DNA of 64,000 bases from Promethearchaeota archaeon (GTDB lineage Archaea; Asgardarchaeota; Hermodarchaeia; Hermodarchaeales; Hermodarchaeaceae), in contig JBHLPR010000004.1 of assembly GCA_048939245.1 (NCBI GenBank), positions 1-64,000 on the forward strand. Reading direction: 5' to 3'. A model generated the notes under the pieces. The model was given only the letters and a program-made list of their open reading frames with translations, was not told where the DNA came from and did no database searches. Within the stretch, counting starts at the first letter, position 1. Each line of letters begins with the position of its first letter. Position numbers and translations under genes: made by a program. Shown here in pieces: positions 19,359-27,044 of the stretch.

Positions 19359-20792
19359 ATGATGACACTAAAACGAATTCAAACTGTAGGAACAAGAAAC
19401 TCGCCTTCCATCGACTCAGATTTCATTGAAAATATAATATCGCGTTCTGAACCAGTAGAGGACCGAGATGATCTCCGCCAATTTCTCACAAATGTTCGTC
19501 TCTTCATTAAACGGGTGGATGGATTTGATTTAACCGAAGAAGAAAAAGAATATCCTGCGCATCCCCAGTTCAGCCACCTTACATTTAGAAAAGGAAAGAA
19601 TACAGCTGAAGGTCTTAAAGCCCGATTGAGAACTATCGATCGGTATCAGATTACGAACGTTCAGCAAATAATAAACATCATTGCGTCAACAGCCGTCTCA
19701 AGTCAAATGGAAAGCCTTACACTTCGACAGATTCGTCTTATTGAAGAATTGCATAAAAAGCCTTTAGCAGCTCAATATGAACTCGCTGAGAGACTTTTCA
19801 CTACATCGCAGGTAATTCGACAGGAGTTGACACAGCTCCGTCAAAATTTCTCTTTGGCCGTTCTCTATGATTTTGACTGTCACAAATTTCGACTAAATTC
19901 TTATGAGATAGATTTTCGCACTAAATCGCTTGATGCGTCTCAAGAATTGGAAACATATTTTCGGAGAACCCAGCCCACCTTTTTACAGCGCCTTAATTTT
20001 GACCATAATTATCGTGATGGATTCTTCTATTATTTCATACCAGATCAACCATCAGGGCAAAGAATGTTTGCAGAACGAGTAGAATGGTTGAATTCCAATT
20101 TTCTTGAAGATTTATCGATATTTCAGGTCCACAGTTTTCAAATTGACATCTCATTCGAAAATTATAATCATTTGACTGGAACATGGATGCTCAACGCAGA
20201 TACCTTCTCAGCCGGAATGCTCCAGTTCTTATCACACCAAGAGCGAAGCCAGCTTCCGCCCCGTGGAATGATATTTGGTGACTTTAATCGTTTTGATAGG
20301 ATTGATTTCATCATTGTGTCCACAGCATATGTCTTTGGGAAAAAGCGATATACGGATATTTGTCAGAAAGTGTTAGAACGGCACGGCTACTCATTATCTA
20401 GAAAAACAATATGGAATCGACTGAAGAAACTGTACCAGATGGGCACGATTTATCCATTGCTTTGGTATGATATTCCTGACTTTGAAGAGTTGGTCAAGTT
20501 TAGTATTATTTGTACTCCAGAGGCAATAGAACCGATTTACCGGCTCATTTCAATACTTCCGTACACCTACTCTTTAAGAACAGATGTAGGCATAACGTTC
20601 ACGTTTCAAAGACCCAGTCGTTGTACTTCAATCACCGGATTATTAGTGGAGACATTTGATCAGATTGAAGGCGTTTCCAACATCAAGATAATCCGTTATG
20701 AACCCACCTTTAGCCCACAATTGTCTACCAAAACGGCAGACCGATGGGATGAAAGCCGCCAACGTTGGTTACCCCAGAAAGGCGACATCTAA
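19359..20792 (+). CDS. Large double-HTH putative transcription regulator, paralog 2
   Basis: QYELAERLFTTSQVIRQELTQL; LSRKTIWNRLKKL; same C-terminal W...W...GDI as paralog 1. GGAG SD. Confidence 0.65.
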   Translation: MMTLKRIQTVGTRNSPSIDSDFIENIISRSEPVEDRDDLRQFLTNVRLFIKRVDGFDLTEEEKEYPAHPQFSHLTFRKGKNTAEGLKARLRTIDRYQITNVQQIINIIASTAVSSQMESLTLRQIRLIEELHKKPLAAQYELAERLFTTSQVIRQELTQLRQNFSLAVLYDFDCHKFRLNSYEIDFRTKSLDASQELETYFRRTQPTFLQRLNFDHNYRDGFFYYFIPDQPSGQRMFAERVEWLNSNFLEDLSIFQVHSFQIDISFENYNHLTGTWMLNADTFSAGMLQFLSHQERSQLPPRGMIFGDFNRFDRIDFIIVSTAYVFGKKRYTDICQKVLERHGYSLSRKTIWNRLKKLYQMGTIYPLLWYDIPDFEELVKFSIICTPEAIEPIYRLISILPYTYSLRTDVGITFTFQRPSRCTSITGLLVETFDQIEGVSNIKIIRYEPTFSPQLSTKTADRWDESRQRWLPQKGDI

Positions 20793-20801
20793 TTGAAGAG
20801 C

Positions 20802-21701
20802 TCATTTTGATTTGGAGTGGATTATTTTGAAAAAGTGGTCGACTAATTCATTAGCCACATTGATATCAGTGACTTGCTGCAACCCTTGCCATCCACTGCT
20901 GCTGTTAACTTCTGTAACAACTAATCCTTGTTCTGTTTCTAAGATGTCAACACCTGTATATTCAAGTCCAATTGTTTTTGCGCATTTTACTGCTAGATTG
21001 GCTAATTCGGATGTAAGAGGGTAAGGATGTGGTTCTGCCCCTTGTCTGATTGTAGTTTTCCAAGTATCTCCGATCCGAGTCATAGCAGCGATAGCTCTGT
21101 TTCCAATTACAAAGACCCGGATATCGCGATTTCCATGTTCGAGATATTCTTGAATATACATAACGTAGCGACTTGCCTCCAGTGAACGAAATACACGCCT
21201 GGCAATCTCATGGTCACTGACTCGAGTCATGCCCACTCCACCTGACCCGAACAGAGGTTTCACCACGACATCTTTGTAACGTCGAAAAGCGCGAAGACCA
21301 TCTCGGGTATATTGTGTCACTGTTGTCCGTGGGACAGGTATTCCAGCTAATTCTAATAGCCTTAGAGTATAGTATTTGTCTACTGCTTTTTCAACGGCCT
21401 GAGGACGATTCATAAAAGGAATACCAAGTCGCTCAAGGCAGTGAAGAGTATCCATTCGTAAAATAACCTGTTCCAATGAGCCACCAGGAACTGCACGCGT
21501 AAATACTCCTTCCAAAGTGGTCAAATCTTCTTTTTTGAATTGAACACGCGGTCGTTTACCACCTACGCGGACAACTGTTTCTATAATGTTGAAAACGACA
21601 CAGTCGGTATCTCGGCGCTCAATTTCATCCACAACCCGACTTGTCTCCCAGCCCTCCGGTTCAGCTGAAGCGACTCCAACTCGTTTGATTTTTTTCGCCA
21701 T
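20802..21701 (-). CDS. RimK-family ATP-grasp alpha-L-glutamate ligase (MptN-like, H4MPT glutamylation)
   Basis: PGGSLEQVILRMDTLH, VDKYYT, KPLFGSGG, QEY..RDIRVFV, TEVN. Co-transcribed with cofE. Confidence 0.85.
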   Translation of the reverse strand: MAKKIKRVGVASAEPEGWETSRVVDEIERRDTDCVVFNIIETVVRVGGKRPRVQFKKEDLTTLEGVFTRAVPGGSLEQVILRMDTLHCLERLGIPFMNRPQAVEKAVDKYYTLRLLELAGIPVPRTTVTQYTRDGLRAFRRYKDVVVKPLFGSGGVGMTRVSDHEIARRVFRSLEASRYVMYIQEYLEHGNRDIRVFVIGNRAIAAMTRIGDTWKTTIRQGAEPHPYPLTSELANLAVKCAKTIGLEYTGVDILETEQGLVVTEVNSSSGWQGLQQVTDINVANELVDHFFKIIHSKSK

Positions 21702-21707
21702 TCTATT

Positions 21708-22490
21708 TCACCGACGAAAGAGGTCCCTTTCTGCTTCTCGAACAAGCATTCTTGCAGAGCCCCTACCTTTTTCATAGGAGTATCCACGAATCACAATAAC
21801 TGCGTTTCCTTCATCAGCTTCACCCATCAATAATTCAGCAGCGGATGCGAGTTCATCAGCGATTGCGATTTTGGTTGTGCGTAACTCATACCCAAAGAGG
21901 TCGGTCAACCCGATGTAATTTTTTATTGGTATAAACCCAGCAATGCCGATGGCGATATTAATCGCGCCTTCACGAAAGGGACGACCATGTGTATCGGAAA
22001 TAATAATCGCAATCTCAATGCCCAATTGTGTTTTGATAGAATTTCTTATTTCATTCGCTGAACGATCTGGATCCTCGGGAAGTAATGTTACACATTCGTC
22101 TTCCGGAACATTTGAAGAATCGACACCAGCATTCGCACAAACATAACCATGTGGGGTTTCTACGATGAGATGACCTTGCTCAGCTCGCACAACCCTTTCT
22201 GAGGCTTGGAGGATAACTTCGACAAGTTCAGGTCGTTTATTCAGCTTATTTGCTATTTCAATAGCCTGAGTGGAGGGGGTAACCGTTGACAGTTTAATGA
22301 TACGTCCCTCGGCGCGAGAAATGACAGTTTGGGCGATGATTAAGATATCACCATTTTGTAGCGAGAATCCACTTTTTCGACTTGCATCGCAAATCTGAAC
22401 CCCGACATCATCGCCTTCTTTAATGATGGCTAAGCCGGGTAAGGAATGAACTGAATACGATGAGGAAATACCAGTGCTAGGTGAAGGCAT
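21708..22490 (-). CDS. cofE: Coenzyme F420-0:L-glutamate ligase
   Basis: ISRAEGR, CANAGVDSSN, LLPEDPD, ISDTHGRPFREG, ADELASAAELLMGE. Confidence 0.95.
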   Translation of the reverse strand: MPSPSTGISSSYSVHSLPGLAIIKEGDDVGVQICDASRKSGFSLQNGDILIIAQTVISRAEGRIIKLSTVTPSTQAIEIANKLNKRPELVEVILQASERVVRAEQGHLIVETPHGYVCANAGVDSSNVPEDECVTLLPEDPDRSANEIRNSIKTQLGIEIAIIISDTHGRPFREGAINIAIGIAGFIPIKNYIGLTDLFGYELRTTKIAIADELASAAELLMGEADEGNAVIVIRGYSYEKGRGSARMLVREAERDLFRR

Positions 22491-22640
22491 AATCAGGTCG
22501 TTCGGGACTCCGTTCTTCCCGCTTAAGAGTTTGCCGACGTCAAGGACGAATACTGAAGGAAACCTATAAAGACGAGAACCACTGCTGCAATCTTATCAGT
22601 GCATTACTGATTTCAGTGGAATACCTCGAGTGTGAAGCAT

Positions 22641-23249
22641 ATGGGCGATAAAATCATCAAATATCATGTCCAAAAAGACCAGTTGGTCCGAGTTCCCTCA
22701 GATTACCTGAGTGAGTTCGCTACGGGCGATGTGTACCTGGTTGACACGGGAAGTGTCATTTATTCATGGATTGGAAAAAAAGCCACTCCAGATGAACGTT
22801 TCATCGGAGCTATCACATCCGTATGGAAAGACCAAGATAGGAAGGGAGCAGCAAAGTTAGTCACGATTAGCGAAGGTAAGGAACCCAAAGAATTCTTGAA
22901 ACTCTTCAAAGACAAAATCACGATTACAGAACAAGACACCGAAGGAATTCTAAAACGTGTAGCCCTCAAACACCACGAATTCAAGCTGTTTCGTGTCCAT
23001 ATCGAAGACGATTTGAATTTGTATTATGAAGTCGACTGCTCGAAAGAATCCCTCGCGTCGGATGATGTCTTCCTTTTAGATACCTATAATGAAATCTATA
23101 TCTGGCGTGGTCAAAAATCCACAGCATTTGAACGATGGGAAGCGATGAACATCGCCGAAGGTTACGATGCACAACGCACAAGTCGTCAAGAAATCATTAT
23201 TGTCGAAGAAGGCGAAGAGCCAGAAGACTTCTTAGAAATTCTCGATTAA
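22641..23249 (+). CDS. Two-domain gelsolin (Asgard 2DGel-type actin regulator)
   Basis: Two gelsolin repeats (GDVYLVDTG..IYSWIG...EGKEPKEF; DDVFLLDT..IYIWRG...EGEEPEDF) joined by an ILKRV linker. Confidence 0.9.
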   Translation: MGDKIIKYHVQKDQLVRVPSDYLSEFATGDVYLVDTGSVIYSWIGKKATPDERFIGAITSVWKDQDRKGAAKLVTISEGKEPKEFLKLFKDKITITEQDTEGILKRVALKHHEFKLFRVHIEDDLNLYYEVDCSKESLASDDVFLLDTYNEIYIWRGQKSTAFERWEAMNIAEGYDAQRTSRQEIIIVEEGEEPEDFLEILD

Positions 23250-23263
23250 TTTCTCAGAAACAA

Positions 23264-23454
23264 CAATGGTGTGGAGGTAACCAAGAAAGGGGAAGAAACC
23301 CTATCTTTTAGTAATAATACAGTAGGCCCCAGAGCCCTTCTTGGTCAATTTCCCACTGGTCATTTTCGCTTTTTCCCGACGCAGCCCATGTAAACCAGTC
23401 GAACTCTGCCCCAGTGCAGGCGAGAGACACTGGGACAGAGCACTGTGACTGGTT
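23264..23454 (-). ncRNA. Structured 3' region (two long hairpins) downstream of the small-protein operon
   Basis: 14-bp stem 23403-23416/23428-23441 (2 G-U pairs on the minus strand) closed by 8-bp 23393-23400/23447-23454. Second stem 23279-23290/23335-23346. Confidence 0.5.
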
Positions 23455-23800
23455 AAGTGGCTTCATCGAGGACTAAGCTAACAAATTTACCCAATCGACC
23501 CGTGTGTTGAATAGCCTTGATCAGTCGGGCCTCGTGCGTCGACTTCTTGACAAGAAGATGATTCTCTCGGACGACAGCGAGTTCCGTGAGAAGGTCATAG
23601 AGTCGACGTAGTTCAACTCGATCGACTTGCTCAGAAAGGCGTTCCAGGAGGCGGAACACATCGGTCATTTCAACCTTCTCGAGCTGGTCAAGTTGCTCCG
23701 TGACATTATGCGACCGCAAATAGGATCGGGCTAGTCGTAAAATTGGGTCGCTTGCGTTTTCTGTCCCTGTGGTCACGGCAATTCCCCTCAGAGTCGCCAT
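23453..23800 (-). CDS. Hypothetical alpha-helical protein (115 aa)
   Basis: ATG 1 nt after the stop of the upstream ORF, with GGGGGTG SD. Amphipathic helical sequence MATLRGIAV...HEARLIKAIQHTGRL. Confidence 0.65.
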   Translation of the reverse strand: MATLRGIAVTTGTENASDPILRLARSYLRSHNVTEQLDQLEKVEMTDVFRLLERLSEQVDRVELRRLYDLLTELAVVRENHLLVKKSTHEARLIKAIQHTGRLGKFVSLVLDEAT

Positions 23801-23801
23801 G

Positions 23802-24065
23802 TTACGCACCCCCGATGCTGGCGACGTTAGAGATTTCTTGACCATTGGGCTCAACGCGTACGCGAACTCCGCTGGGAGTCGCTTCAACGATGACCCGACC
23901 ATTAAGGCCGCAGGTATCCTTGACTAATTCTAATAGCAAGGTACCAATTGCTCCGATTTCTCGGAGGTCTTCACATCCCGTCTTCGGGGTAATACAGAGA
24001 TCAATTGGGTAGGCGTCCGTGACGCCAATCATTCGCTGGGTTTCTTCCATCAGTTCTGTAGCCAC
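23802..24065 (-). CDS. Hypothetical small protein (87 aa)
   Basis: GTG start 6 nt after AGGTGGAG SD (MATELMEETQRMIG...). Beta-alpha-beta-beta pattern; translationally coupled to the next ORF. Confidence 0.65.
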   Translation of the reverse strand: MATELMEETQRMIGVTDAYPIDLCITPKTGCEDLREIGAIGTLLLELVKDTCGLNGRVIVEATPSGVRVRVEPNGQEISNVASIGGA

Positions 24066-24083
24066 TTTTTTCTCCACCTTTCT

Positions 24084-24248
24084 AAACACAACTAGGAAAA
24101 ATAAGAACGTGAACACAATGCCGTAGTGATATTCGTACTGAGCAAGCCAACTCAGTTTATCCGTTCTTTAGAACGGCCAAACATCAGATGTCCACGGACC
24201 CATTGTGCGTTTTTCACATCCGGTAATTTTTCCCTTGCGAGTGTGTTT
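24084..24248 (-). ncRNA. Candidate cis-regulatory leader RNA (long nested stem ending in a three-way junction)
   Basis: Mutually nested helices 24084-90/24242-48, 24095-102/24226-33, 24106-09/24208-11, 24114-20/24201-07, 24121-26/24192-97 and 24127-34/24179-86, plus hairpins 24137-56 and 24161-76. G-U pairs are valid only on the minus strand. Confidence 0.6.
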
Positions 24249-24270
24249 GCTGGAATCTATTACAAACAAT

Positions 24271-24313
24271 GGATACTAGCCTTTAAGTATCCGTTCAGAG
24301 AGCGGTGAACGGA
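24271..24313. promoter_or_regulatory. TATA box (minus strand TACTTAAAG) with two abutting inverted repeats
   Basis: GGATACT-N8-AGTATCC (24271-24292) and TCCGTTCA-N8-TGAACGGA (24290-24313). Confidence 0.55.
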
Positions 24314-24483
24314 GCTGACAAAAAAGCCGATTCATCGAAAAAAACCATCCAGAGCTTAGAATAGACTTTAAACACGTTAATGGTGATGCATTCCTGTAAC
24401 AGGATTTTGAGTCATCTTCTATAATTTCAACTTTTCGTCAAAAGGAAACTTTTTATGCCTGTTTCTTTCTTTCTGACGATGGT

Positions 24484-25920
24484 GTGGCGCGCGTGCAATC
24501 GGTGGTTGAAGTAGCAGATTTACTCTCATCATTGAAGCACAATATTCATGAAAATATGCGCCCAAGCGAAGAACTATTCGAAATAGATCTTTTACTCGAT
24601 AATCTGAAACTTTATGCAAAACGAGTGAAAGGTGTACCACTTAACGAAGAAGATCACAGGCTCCAACCGTACAAAGAATTCGATGGCATGGTTGTGACAC
24701 CTCGCGAACGAACGTATAATTCGTTGTTGCGACGACTTAAGGTCATCCTTCGATTCAACATCACTTCTTATGAGAAGGTTACCCGGGATCTATTACGGGG
24801 ATTAATCTCTGAAGAAGCCGATCGGATAACTGGAAGAGAAATCCGGTTAATGACGTTGCTGTATCAACGCCCCAACACGCCGCAGGCACAAATGGTAAAA
24901 GAGTTGAATGTCAGTCTGCCTACGATACGAAAGGACATCAAGACCTTAGAAGAGAAAATTGGTTTAAGGTTTGCCAATATGGTTGACTGGGGACGGTTTA
25001 AATTACGGCATTACGGGATTTTCTTCATTACCTCAGGTGTTGAAGCATCGAAGAATCTCGCAAAGGTCCTAAATGAAGAGATGTCCACTTATTTGAGAAG
25101 AGTGAATTTTGATACAACATTTCAGAGGGGCTTTGCCGGTTTTCTGATCCCGGATCAAGGAAAACCCACACAACTCTTTTCAGAGCAAATTAAATTGTTA
25201 AGCGAAAAGTTCTTCGAAGAGCACCAGCTCCACCAAATTAAGAAATACAACCAATCGATTTGCTTTGATCATTTTGACTATGAAACCAGCACATGGATGA
25301 TTGAAGGTGATGTTTCAACTCTCGGCCTTCTTAATTTTGTACGGGAAAACTGGGCGATTCTTCCAAAGCCACGAGGGTTATCCAATACTCTAGCACGTCC
25401 TTTCGATGACCTTGATTATTATCTTGCCTGTTTATTAGGTGGGGATAGTAATGCACCAATGAAGAAAATTTTAAGCAGATTAGAAGCAGTGGGAATCAAA
25501 GCACCTCGAACAACTGTATCTACACGAAAGAACCGTCTCCACAAAGAAAGGACATTGGAACCCTTTTTCACTTTTGGGACGCCACAACTCCCCTTTTTCA
25601 TTACTTTTGCAATTAGATGCGAGCCACATATTGCAGAGCAGCTGGCTGTGGCTGTTGCACAAATGCCACAGGGTTTCGTGTCAATTTCGAATATGGGTTG
25701 TGTTATTAATGTGTATGTGCCCGCAAGGAGCCTCGGAACTATTCTAAATCTTCTTTCACTAACACTTGAGGAGGAGGGAGTTCATGAGGTGTGGCAGATG
25801 CAACAGTATCGCAATATGGGATCTTATGGACCTGCACGAATTGCTCATAAGTGGAATGGGTCATATTGGACCTGGTCTGAGGATGAATTCGCTCTTCCAT
25901 CTTTGGGACTCGAGTTCTAA
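24484..25920 (+). CDS. Large double-HTH putative transcription regulator, paralog 3
   Basis: QAQMVKELNVSLPTIRKDIKTLE; PRTTVSTRKNRL. Shares the N-terminal domain and FK-L, IPDQ, SICFDHFD...W and PKPRG motifs with paralogs 1 and 2. Confidence 0.65.
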   Translation: MARVQSVVEVADLLSSLKHNIHENMRPSEELFEIDLLLDNLKLYAKRVKGVPLNEEDHRLQPYKEFDGMVVTPRERTYNSLLRRLKVILRFNITSYEKVTRDLLRGLISEEADRITGREIRLMTLLYQRPNTPQAQMVKELNVSLPTIRKDIKTLEEKIGLRFANMVDWGRFKLRHYGIFFITSGVEASKNLAKVLNEEMSTYLRRVNFDTTFQRGFAGFLIPDQGKPTQLFSEQIKLLSEKFFEEHQLHQIKKYNQSICFDHFDYETSTWMIEGDVSTLGLLNFVRENWAILPKPRGLSNTLARPFDDLDYYLACLLGGDSNAPMKKILSRLEAVGIKAPRTTVSTRKNRLHKERTLEPFFTFGTPQLPFFITFAIRCEPHIAEQLAVAVAQMPQGFVSISNMGCVINVYVPARSLGTILNLLSLTLEEEGVHEVWQMQQYRNMGSYGPARIAHKWNGSYWTWSEDEFALPSLGLEF

Positions 25921-25981
25921 CAATTAAATACGAAAGATATTTGTTTAGCGGAATTCAGGGTAGGAGTCCTTTCAATATTAG

Positions 25982-27022
25982 GTGGTGCAGCGTATTAGTA
26001 GTAAATTGATAGTTCGAGAAGGCGATTTCATTGAAACCATTGAAGGGCTTATTTTTGATGTCAAGGGACTCGTGCATCCACCGGATAGAGTTATCGCATT
26101 CTTGCGATATTATCCCTCGCCGAATGGGAAGCGAGAAAGAGATGGGCAACGTTATGATAAGGTCTATCATCTAACTGAACGCTTCGATTATCTGCGAGAA
26201 CATTATCCACACTATCTATACCATGACAAAGTATTTGGAACAGAATTGCAGAACATACCTCATTCTTTCATACGGGAAATCTTTCATCCGAAGGAACAGC
26301 TTCTTCGACTGAGAGAGCTTGAGCAACGAGACGCATTGCAGCAAGATGTGGTTACCTTTGCTGATATTATTGAGGAGAAGGCACGGGTTTCAGCTGACGC
26401 CTTGGGGATTTCTGGTAGTGTCCAAGTAAATCTTCATGGAGAGACCTCAGATATTGATTTGATCGTGTATGGTCGTCGAGAAGCACGAGCAGTACAGCTG
26501 GCATTACGCCGGGCTCATTTGATACCCGAAGAAGGAATTTCGGGGTATCGATTGGACACATACCGAACCGTCTACAACTTACGGTGGTCAGGGACCGGTA
26601 TCCCCATCGAAAAGATGCTGTTAGTTGATGGGTTGAAGTCCATGCATGGAGTATTTGGGGGGCACCACTACTTCATTCGAGCAATACTGGATTGGGATGA
26701 GATTCAAGAGGAATATGGGGATTGCATATACGAACCGATTGGACAGGCTCGAGCCCAATGCACGATTTCTGATGATCGTGATGGTCTATTTACTCCATGC
26801 CGTTATGAAATTGATGATGTAGTATTTTTGAAAGGAAAGAAAATTCAAGATCTGCGCGAGATAGTCAGTTTTCGGGGACGATTTGCTGAACAGGTCCGCC
26901 AAGACGAAACTGTCGTGGTGCAGGGCATGGTAGAAATAGTCAAATGTGGGAAAGAAAAGTGGGGTCGGTTCTTGTTAGGTGCTCAACCAACAGATATCTT
27001 ATTACCCCGTAATGTCATTTGA
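25982..27022 (+). CDS. Predicted Pol-beta-superfamily nucleotidyltransferase (COG1665-like), copy 1
   Basis: REGDFIET.EGLIFDVKG..HPP, GISGS...SDIDLIVYG, FTPCRY, SFRGRFAEQ. Confidence 0.82.
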   Translation: MVQRISSKLIVREGDFIETIEGLIFDVKGLVHPPDRVIAFLRYYPSPNGKRERDGQRYDKVYHLTERFDYLREHYPHYLYHDKVFGTELQNIPHSFIREIFHPKEQLLRLRELEQRDALQQDVVTFADIIEEKARVSADALGISGSVQVNLHGETSDIDLIVYGRREARAVQLALRRAHLIPEEGISGYRLDTYRTVYNLRWSGTGIPIEKMLLVDGLKSMHGVFGGHHYFIRAILDWDEIQEEYGDCIYEPIGQARAQCTISDDRDGLFTPCRYEIDDVVFLKGKKIQDLREIVSFRGRFAEQVRQDETVVVQGMVEIVKCGKEKWGRFLLGAQPTDILLPRNVI

Positions 27023-27044
27023 TTAATATGCTGGTGGTTTAGGG

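Noticed and set aside
23393-23454. SECIS element
   Set aside because: Neither upstream ORF has an in-frame TGA, and no AUGA/GA core is evident.
24084-24248. SRP RNA, RNase P RNA or tRNA identity for the Y-shaped leader
   Set aside because: It lacks the SRP helix-8 motif and GNRA loops, the RNase P P4 signature, and a T-loop or cloverleaf.
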